A stretch of 64,000 nucleotides of DNA from an uncultured Methanosarcinales archaeon. GTDB taxonomy: Archaea; Nanobdellota; Nanobdellia; Woesearchaeales; CAZYIM01. Shown piece after piece: positions 57,090 to 64,000 of the stretch. The number at the start of each line of letters is the position of its first letter. Position 1 is the stretch's first letter. The notes beneath the pieces were generated by a model, which had not been told where the DNA came from, did no database searches, and was given only the letters and a program-made list of their open reading frames with translations. A program made the translations under genes and the position numbers. Where the stretch lies: NCBI GenBank assembly GCA_964647565.1, contig CAZYIM010000001.1, positions 32,001-96,000 of the forward strand, read 5' to 3'.

Positions 57090-59365
57090 GGGTAGGTTTC
57101 AGTCTTATGCAAGAAAAGTGAATCATAATCTTTAGCTAAACTTACATCATAATAGTGAAGACGCTCACCTAGCTCTTCAGGTCCAAAGAAATGTTTTGTC
57201 CCATCTGCTTTTGGAAAGGAAACTGCTATATTAAAATAGCTGCATACTGCCCTGAAGAGTTCTTCAGGATATCTGTCAAAAGAACTTGTTCCCAAGCATT
57301 TCCCAAGATCATATTCACTCTGGTTATGGGTAACCCCGACGAGTTTTGTTTTGTTAATCCTGTCTTCATACATCTCGATCTTGAGTTTTGTGTACTGCAG
57401 CTTGAATTGGTCAATGCCTGCAGGAACAAGACCTGCTTCATGTGACAAGGGCTCCATTACAGTTACATTATCAGTGTCAAGGTATGACTTGATCATTTCT
57501 GATGAATCATTGACATCCTTATAAGGCAGAACATAAACCTTACCACCTTCTTCAATATGTCTATCAAGATCTGGTTTCATGCAGAACTCATTGTACTGAT
57601 ACCATTCATTGTCTAGATGTGTTTTGGCCAGATCAGGATGCAAGATGATATAGGCTTCATATTTCCGGTCTGCAGGTTCTGTTTCGCCTGTAAGCATCTT
57701 TTCCTGGGTTATTGCTGTGATCTCAAGAGGTTTTATATCTTCAACGAACTTTTTACTTTTCATTTGTGCAATTCTACCCCTGAGTTCCGGCAAAGGGATG
57801 CCCATGTTGAATTCCAATAATCTCAATATGTTTCCACAAGCCTGATCATCCATTTTCTCGAAATACCAATATCTTGCGCCAGATAAAACACCTAAAAGCA
57901 CATCGTATTGATAAATTTCATCCAAAGTTTCAGGAGTGACAGTTTCCCCTTTTAGTTCATTCTGAGTGACCTTCAAAAGATGAGCTTTCCACTCTTCCTG
58001 ATATGGCAGTAAGTTTTCCTCACCACCATGTTTATTATAATGACGTTCAGTTGTAACATCTTCACCACTATTTATCTTATCTATATTATCTTGAGATTCT
58101 CTACTGTAAACATGACCATTTATCATTCCCCTGCTAGTGCATTCAAGATAATAATGTATGAAATCACTGCTTAAATTTTCATAATAGTACCTTATCTTTC
58201 CTGCCACCTCAGGATTGAACTTGACAGCTGTATGGCCGATGTCTTCATAGACATAATGAAGGTCATTCCAATTGCCTAATTGGTCTACATTAAGCTGTGT
58301 TAATAAATAGTCAAGCAGGCCCATGCCAATCACTCTCTTTTGGTCTGGAGTGATCTTGTCTTTGATTTTGCTCATTCTAAAATGCATTAATCTGAAATGG
58401 ATGCTCAGTCCTTGATCGATATTATCAATAACCTTATGATAGATTTTTGTAGCTTCTTCGTCTACAGCACCAGTTTCATCAAGCACTTTTTCTTCCAGTG
58501 ATTTTTTAAGAAGTTCTTTAACTGGATTTTTGGTTCCATACAGATGATAGAATGCGCCTATCGGCTCATTAGATCTTTTAACTATGGCTTTTGTTTCTTG
58601 TTTGGGTATTTCTACGCCATATTGAGGGAACAAGGATAATGATTCATCTGACAATGCCCTGAAATCATAAATGCCAAGCCATCTGTCCCAGAGTGAGCTT
58701 TGCCCTCTGTGATCAAAAAAGCCTGGAATCTGTCTTTTTACCAGTTCCTCATAGAACTTGATATATCTGTCATCAAACTTCTTGATATCCAATGGCTCCA
58801 GCTTAACTGATGCTCTCAATGGATTGAATGTAGTAGGTAATAGTAAAAGATTGACTCCATAATAATCCTTCAGCTCATCTGGAAGCAGATTATATTCTGG
58901 AACTTTTAATAGGGTTTTTTTAAGGTTTCTAGCAGAAATATCTGGGTTGGTCCAGGTCTTGCCCTTTTTTTCCAAGATGCCTGATTCAAGAAGAGCTCGA
59001 GGGATATTACTGGAGATTTCTGTGGCAGCTGTGTCCAATTCATTAAAAGTCTTGAATTCACCTGAATATCCTTGAAAAGATTTGAAGAGTGATGTTGCAA
59101 TAGCAAGATATATTGGAAATTTGAAATCTGGTAGAAGAATGCCAGGAATCCTATTAAGCCCTTGAGCAAGTTTCCTTATCCTATCCAGCTTGCTCTTATA
59201 CTCACCTTTTTGAAATTTGTTGTAAGCCCAGTCAACTTCTTGATCCAGGCCAAAGAATCCAAAGTCCGGCGGTGTATCTGCTGGGAAAAACAGTTCCTGA
59301 CCATCTTTATCAAGGGCAATGTTCCTAAGATCTGGAACGTCCGAATTCCTTTTTACAGGTAGCAT
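57086..59365 (-). CDS. large hypothetical protein
   Basis: About 760-aa ORF with no motif recognised; start uncertain. Confidence 0.7.
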   Translation of the reverse strand: MLPVKRNSDVPDLRNIALDKDGQELFFPADTPPDFGFFGLDQEVDWAYNKFQKGEYKSKLDRIRKLAQGLNRIPGILLPDFKFPIYLAIATSLFKSFQGYSGEFKTFNELDTAATEISSNIPRALLESGILEKKGKTWTNPDISARNLKKTLLKVPEYNLLPDELKDYYGVNLLLLPTTFNPLRASVKLEPLDIKKFDDRYIKFYEELVKRQIPGFFDHRGQSSLWDRWLGIYDFRALSDESLSLFPQYGVEIPKQETKAIVKRSNEPIGAFYHLYGTKNPVKELLKKSLEEKVLDETGAVDEEATKIYHKVIDNIDQGLSIHFRLMHFRMSKIKDKITPDQKRVIGMGLLDYLLTQLNVDQLGNWNDLHYVYEDIGHTAVKFNPEVAGKIRYYYENLSSDFIHYYLECTSRGMINGHVYSRESQDNIDKINSGEDVTTERHYNKHGGEENLLPYQEEWKAHLLKVTQNELKGETVTPETLDEIYQYDVLLGVLSGARYWYFEKMDDQACGNILRLLEFNMGIPLPELRGRIAQMKSKKFVEDIKPLEITAITQEKMLTGETEPADRKYEAYIILHPDLAKTHLDNEWYQYNEFCMKPDLDRHIEEGGKVYVLPYKDVNDSSEMIKSYLDTDNVTVMEPLSHEAGLVPAGIDQFKLQYTKLKIEMYEDRINKTKLVGVTHNQSEYDLGKCLGTSSFDRYPEELFRAVCSYFNIAVSFPKADGTKHFFGPEELGERLHYYDVSLAKDYDSLFLHKTETYP

Positions 59366-59432
59366 ATATGCAGAAAAACACACTTCCTCTTTATAAAGGT
59401 TTTGATTTTTTACCACTAATGGGTGATAAAAC

Positions 59433-60113
59433 TCAAAGCCTGTTTGTCTTTAAATACCATTCCTTGCGGAACTGGATTAAGAAGGATCTCATAAATGTAT
59501 GACGATCTTCTGCAAGCTTATGCGCAGTCTCTGTATTCATGTTATCCTTTAATTTCAGCAGTTTATCATAGAAATGATGTATTGCAGATGGTTCTGCAGC
59601 ATCATGCTCATCATATGTTGCTTTTTCCTGTACCAGATCAGGATTCCAAAGAGCCATCTTGTGTGCCCCTGCATAGGAAAAAGCCCTTGAAACGCCTATA
59701 GCCCCTAATGCATCAAGGTTGTCTGCGTCCTGAACAATCAAAGTGTTGATGTCAGTGACCTGGTTGCCTTTTTTAGAGAATGAATAGTTCTCGTGATGTT
59801 CTATGCAGTAAAGGATCATTTTTTGCTTATCCAATGGCATCCTGCACTCATCCAGAATAATCTTGGCTTCACCTAAAGATTCCTTGGGAGAAACATATTG
59901 TTCCCTGTCAACAGACATGAACCTGTGCAGGTCATGGATAGAAAGGGCAGTACCGATCACCAATCTGTCGCCACCTTCACGCTCCTGTATATAAAGGCCT
60001 AGATCTCGTGCTCTCTTGTGATGGTAGAGATCATGATCAGGCGAAAAACAATCAGTATACAACTCCATATGCTTGTCCAGAATCATGAATAATTGTTCAA
60101 GCTGCTCTTCCAT
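59433..60113 (-). CDS. HD domain phosphohydrolase (YedJ-like)
   Basis: HDLYH, IHD, QDADNLDALGAIG and HFYDKLLKL motifs. Confidence 0.88.
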   Translation of the reverse strand: MEEQLEQLFMILDKHMELYTDCFSPDHDLYHHKRARDLGLYIQEREGGDRLVIGTALSIHDLHRFMSVDREQYVSPKESLGEAKIILDECRMPLDKQKMILYCIEHHENYSFSKKGNQVTDINTLIVQDADNLDALGAIGVSRAFSYAGAHKMALWNPDLVQEKATYDEHDAAEPSAIHHFYDKLLKLKDNMNTETAHKLAEDRHTFMRSFLIQFRKEWYLKTNRL

Positions 60114-60576
60114 AAGATTGGGAAAAATTAACTAGTTTATAATCCTTTCTTTTAAGGCGGACATACATCCTCTCGTAAGGGAATTGTTTGGTTCCAAAGC
60201 CATGCTCATCCCTAAGATAGAGTGCCCTGTTTGAGTCAAAAGCCACCTTGAAATGCGGTGTTTTCTGAGCCCATATAGACTCATAGCAGCTTGGTCCAAA
60301 ATGTATGAATTCGACAAGATGATCTTTCTGCCATTTCCGTTCCATATGGCAGTATTCTAATACGCTTGGTTTTCCCCAGTCCGGTTGTATATCGTCCTTG
60401 AAAAGATCATCAGAAGTGGATGATTTACCTTTTCTCGAATAGAATTCTAATTTCGTTCCCTTGGGTTCAAACAGCTGTTTAAGTTGTTCTTCAAAAGCCA
60501 GGAAGTTATCATACATAAGATCATAAGGTTCCATTGAATTAACTAGTTCTACCAATTGATTGTGGTTAAGAGACAT
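60097..60576 (-). CDS. hypothetical protein
   Basis: 159-aa ORF overlapping the start of the HD gene. Confidence 0.6.
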   Translation of the reverse strand: MSLNHNQLVELVNSMEPYDLMYDNFLAFEEQLKQLFEPKGTKLEFYSRKGKSSTSDDLFKDDIQPDWGKPSVLEYCHMERKWQKDHLVEFIHFGPSCYESIWAQKTPHFKVAFDSNRALYLRDEHGFGTKQFPYERMYVRLKRKDYKLVNFSQSYGRAA

Positions 60577-60649
60577 AAAAAAGGGAAAGATGAGGTAATA
60601 TTTAATTATTTACGTTAAATTTTTAATATATTTTATCTTTCTCTCCTCT

Positions 60650-61174
60650 ATGAACGTAAAAGAAGCTATTGAAAAAAGAAGGAGTATTAGGAAGTATGAT
60701 GACAAAGAGGTTACCGAAGAGGTTTTAAGGGAGCTTATCGACGCTGCTAGACTGGCGCCGTCAGGCAACAATGCCCAGCCATGGTATTTCAAGATAGTTA
60801 CCAGTGCAGAGGACAAAAAGAAACTGAAGGATAGTAATATGTATCCGCAGGACTTTGTCTATACTGCACCAGTGCTTATTATTTGTTGTGCAGATCCAAG
60901 CGTCTATCCTGCTGGCGAATTCATCAAGGGCATGGATCATCCAAACCAGGTAAGGGCCATAAGGGACCTGTCGTTGGCTTGCGAGAATTTAGTGTTAAGA
61001 GCTGTTGAGCTTGGACTTGGCACCTGCTATATTGGATGGATGGACAAGGAAAAGGTCAAGGATCTGCTGGATATACCAAAGGATTACATTGTTCCCTACA
61101 CAATAACTGTAGGCTATCCTGCTGGTGGAGCCGGTGAGCCAAAGAAGAAGAGTGCTGACGATATTTTACTTTAG
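60650..61174 (+). CDS. nitroreductase family protein
   Basis: RRSIRKY, APSGNNAQPW, LGLGTC and VGYP motifs. Confidence 0.93.
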   Translation: MNVKEAIEKRRSIRKYDDKEVTEEVLRELIDAARLAPSGNNAQPWYFKIVTSAEDKKKLKDSNMYPQDFVYTAPVLIICCADPSVYPAGEFIKGMDHPNQVRAIRDLSLACENLVLRAVELGLGTCYIGWMDKEKVKDLLDIPKDYIVPYTITVGYPAGGAGEPKKKSADDILL

Positions 61175-61196
61175 TTGAACATATTCAGGTGGTTAA

Positions 61197-61664
61197 ATGC
61201 AAGAGCTATACATAGATGATATTATTGAGAAGACTAAGAAATTAAGCAAAGAGAAGAAGCATAAGAAGACAAAATTCTATAACTTAATTGGTGAAGTCGT
61301 GCCTGATGAATGCCACATCCATCTTTCTACCAAAGAATGCACTATAATCATATTTGACGAAAAAAAACAGAGCTACACGAAAGCAGCAGTAGATTATAAA
61401 TCAGGATCATATCAAGGTAGAACAATTCTCCCGACAGATGAAATTTTCAGTCTCGATAACTATAAAGCTACCTCCTCAATTATTCCAAGCTATTGCTTTA
61501 ATTATCCTTCTAATAAATGGACTGTTGGCCCGTTTATTCTGTTTGTAAAAAAAATATTCACACACAATCACTCTCCTGTTGCTGAAATCGGACAGTTGAT
61601 AGATAAAGATTATCCTGTAAAGTATTACGCACCAAGAACAGATAAGATACCAACAATAGAATAA
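61197..61664 (+). CDS. paralogue 1 of the tandem 'IPTIE' family, function unknown
   Basis: MQELYIDD...RTDKIPTIE; GGTGG RBS. Confidence 0.8.
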   Translation: MQELYIDDIIEKTKKLSKEKKHKKTKFYNLIGEVVPDECHIHLSTKECTIIIFDEKKQSYTKAAVDYKSGSYQGRTILPTDEIFSLDNYKATSSIIPSYCFNYPSNKWTVGPFILFVKKIFTHNHSPVAEIGQLIDKDYPVKYYAPRTDKIPTIE

Positions 61665-61666
61665 AA

Positions 61667-62119
61667 ATGCAAGAGCTATACATAGATGATGTGATTGAGA
61701 AAGCACATGATCTAGAAAAACAAAAGAAGTATAAGAAAAAGATTTTCACAGAACGTCTCTTGGCTTTGATGCCAAAAAAAGGTCACATAGTACTCAGCGG
61801 CAAGAGGGGAGATATCATCATTTATGATCAGAAAAGCCAGTCCTATAGAAAAGCTTTATTTGATATCGAAGACGGCAATCCGATTGCAGGAAACCAACTT
61901 TTTGAGATCGAAGATTACAAACCGTCCATACCAATAACTAATGAATACTTGATGGATGAGTTAACCACTGCTAAAGAAGCTGCAAATTTTATTTGTTTTT
62001 TAATAGGATTACATGACAAATACAAATCTCCAGTCATTGAGTTCGGCAGGAGAGCAAACAGATATTTTCCTATAAAGGCTTACTCTCAAAGAACAGACAG
62101 GATACCAACAATAGAATAA
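61667..62119 (+). CDS. paralogue 2 of the tandem 'IPTIE' family
   Basis: MQELYIDD...RTDRIPTIE. Confidence 0.8.
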   Translation: MQELYIDDVIEKAHDLEKQKKYKKKIFTERLLALMPKKGHIVLSGKRGDIIIYDQKSQSYRKALFDIEDGNPIAGNQLFEIEDYKPSIPITNEYLMDELTTAKEAANFICFLIGLHDKYKSPVIEFGRRANRYFPIKAYSQRTDRIPTIE

Positions 62120-62121
62120 AA

Positions 62122-62613
62122 ATGGAAATACCAACAATAGATGACTGGCTGGAAAAAGCAGATCAATTAAGCCAAAAGAAAAAATATAAGAACAAAAACC
62201 TAGTTGAGAGACTGGGCAATATAATGCCTAAAAAAGGTAAGTTTTACCTGTCCGGTAAGCAAGGCACTGTCATATATTTTAATATTCCAAGTGAGAGCTA
62301 TAAGCAAGCCATCCTGGGATTCAGTAATAAACAAGAGGCCCAGTTCGAATATAATTTAGAATATATCTTTCCGGGAGAAAAATCATTCAGTCTTGAAGGC
62401 TATAAAGCAACAATTCCAATAACCAACAAAGAATTTTTTTATTATCCCTATAAGTCAGAAGAAAAGCACAATGGTGCTCAATTCCTTTATTTTATCCTTA
62501 AGTTGTTCAAGGAGTACAAATCACCAATCATGCAGATAGGACAAAAAAAGAACAGGTTCTATCCGTTCCAGTTCTACGGCCCAAGAAAAGACAAGATACC
62601 AACAATAGAATAA
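62122..62613 (+). CDS. paralogue 3 of the tandem 'IPTIE' family
   Basis: MEIPTIDD...RKDKIPTIE. Confidence 0.8.
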   Translation: MEIPTIDDWLEKADQLSQKKKYKNKNLVERLGNIMPKKGKFYLSGKQGTVIYFNIPSESYKQAILGFSNKQEAQFEYNLEYIFPGEKSFSLEGYKATIPITNKEFFYYPYKSEEKHNGAQFLYFILKLFKEYKSPIMQIGQKKNRFYPFQFYGPRKDKIPTIE

Positions 62614-62615
62614 AA

Positions 62616-63107
62616 ATGGAAATACCAACAATAGATGATTACATTGAAAAAGCAGAAGACCTTAAAAAAGAGAAAAGGTACAAGAAGATGGGAATATGGC
62701 AGAGACTTTGCTATGTAATGCCTAAAAAGGGCAAGTGCCATCTGTCTGGAAAGCACGGCACTGTAATCATCTATGACGAAGAAAGCCAGAGCTACAGGGA
62801 TGCTATCTTATTTCATTTTGATAAACCAGAAGAATCATATAATTATAGATCACAGTATTTCCTTGCAGGAGAAAAGACCTTTAGTTTGGAAGGTTATAAG
62901 ATAGATACTCCAATTATAAATAGAGAAGAAAGGGGGACTCCTAGTGAAGAAAATGTAAACAAATCTGTAGTGCATTTCCTCTATTTCTTCCTTAATTTGT
63001 TTGAGGAGTTCAAATCACCTGTCATGCAGATAGGCCAGTTTGAGAACCGGTTTTTCCCCTTCCAATTCTACTCATTACGTACAGATAAGATACCGACAAT
63101 AGAATGA
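62616..63107 (+). CDS. paralogue 4 of the tandem 'IPTIE' family
   Basis: MEIPTIDD...RTDKIPTIE. Confidence 0.8.
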   Translation: MEIPTIDDYIEKAEDLKKEKRYKKMGIWQRLCYVMPKKGKCHLSGKHGTVIIYDEESQSYRDAILFHFDKPEESYNYRSQYFLAGEKTFSLEGYKIDTPIINREERGTPSEENVNKSVVHFLYFFLNLFEEFKSPVMQIGQFENRFFPFQFYSLRTDKIPTIE

Positions 63108-63126
63108 AAATATATAAGGTGATAAA

Positions 63127-63699
63127 ATGCAACAAGCAATATTAAACGATTTTTATATGTTAATCATAGACCTGTCAGCAAAAGCAGAAGAAGAAAAGGA
63201 AAACAAGCCCAAGGGAAAAAAACAGCTAGGTTTTAAGTTTCTGAATAAGAAAGATGTTTCAAAATCTGAGACTAACGAAATTTCCAATAAGATTGATGAG
63301 CTGCTAAAAAATAAGAAATTTCTGCTAAAGACTGATTGGGTAACTTATGTTATAGCAGACGAAGAAACAAAGACCTATAGAATTGCAGAATTTGACACAA
63401 TCAAAGGCCAGCCATGCCCTTCAGGACATTTGGTCAATATGAATGATTACAAGCCGGATACAGAGATGTTTATCACAGGTTTCCCTTGTTCAGAATATCG
63501 AAAGGATGGCGGTCCAAAGAATAGGGAGTCAAATACATTAAATTTTTTCGAATCACTTTTAAAGATGCACAGAGCTGAGATTATAGAGATAGGAACAAAT
63601 GAGACATTAGTGTCTACCCAAGCAATAAAAAAAAGATTCTATCCTATGAAATTCTATGGTCAAAGAACAGACAGGATACCAACAATAGAGGAGATCTAA
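63127..63699 (+). CDS. paralogue 5 (divergent) of the tandem 'IPTIE' family
   Basis: ...FYPMKFYGQRTDRIPTIEEI; GGTGA RBS. Confidence 0.8.
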   Translation: MQQAILNDFYMLIIDLSAKAEEEKENKPKGKKQLGFKFLNKKDVSKSETNEISNKIDELLKNKKFLLKTDWVTYVIADEETKTYRIAEFDTIKGQPCPSGHLVNMNDYKPDTEMFITGFPCSEYRKDGGPKNRESNTLNFFESLLKMHRAEIIEIGTNETLVSTQAIKKRFYPMKFYGQRTDRIPTIEEI

Positions 63700-64000
63700 T
63701 GAAAATGGAAGAACTATATATTGATGATGTGATTGAAAGGGCAAGAAAACTTCAAAAAGATAAGAAGATGAAGAAGAAAACAGTAGCGCAGCTTATACAG
63801 TCTGTATTGCCAACAGAAGGCCATCTCTATCTGTCAGGAGAGCTTGGGACTGTGATTATTTTCGACGATGAAAACAAGATCTATAAAGAGGCTGTCTTGG
63901 ATGTTCGAAAATGCCAACCACTTCCCGGCAATAAGATATTTAGTCTTGCTAATCACAAGTCCAACTCTCCTATAGAGACTGCTTATTATGATGCAGCAGG
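63699..64000 (+). CDS. paralogue 6 of the tandem family, truncated by the window edge
   Basis: Translated by hand: MKMEELYIDDVIERARKLQKDKK...LPTEGHLYLSGELGTVIIFDDENKIYKEA...; TAATG overlap with paralogue 5. Confidence 0.8.
   Translation, partial: MKMEELYIDDVIERARKLQKDKKMKKKTVAQLIQSVLPTEGHLYLSGELGTVIIFDDENKIYKEAVLDVRKCQPLPGNKIFSLANHKSNSPIETAYYDAA

Noticed and set aside
867..62756. Numerous 60-220 aa ORFs antisense to or nested in recognised genes (e.g. 1386-1808, 9064-9552, 34499-35065, 36421-36933, 42471-43121)
   Set aside because: They are shadow frames of well-supported genes on the other strand or frame, with no motifs.
61640..63690. Regularly recurring repeat considered as a CRISPR array
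   Set aside because: The repeats are only ~15-25 nt, lie inside coding ends and are separated by 450-580 nt genes; no cas genes are present.

Overview
This is an AT-rich, densely packed prokaryotic window. It has archaeal-style signals: BRE/TATA-like boxes such as GAAAAATTTATTAA before genes, and GGTGA/GGAGG ribosome-binding sites. The gene content is a patchwork with many ORFans, most consistent with a DPANN (Woesearchaeota-like) archaeon; this is inferred, since no marker gene is present. I found no rRNA, tRNA, CRISPR array, transposase or reverse transcriptase. Content: two toxin-antitoxin pairs, a Fic protein, an RQC-UvrD-HRDC helicase, NADP-isocitrate dehydrogenase, Dus, ThiI and NadA; a metal/redox island of about 19 kb (ArsM, CopA and chaperones, Dsb/Trx proteins, rubrerythrins, desulfoferrodoxin, TrxR); sugar kinases and TreT. 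At the right end is a head-to-tail array of at least six paralogues of an unrecognised family. Their C-termini (D[KR]IPTIE) are conserved at the DNA level, and the same DNA motif recurs at the start of two members. Other highlights: a circularly permuted deoxyribose-phosphate aldolase; a 32-bp motif that repeatedly separates accessory genes at 0.6-8.6 kb; a Cys-tipped PadR facing arsM across four palindromic operators; a ChpT-like pseudo-histidine kinase; and two GC-rich structured intergenic elements. All protein calls come from motif recognition by eye, not database searches.
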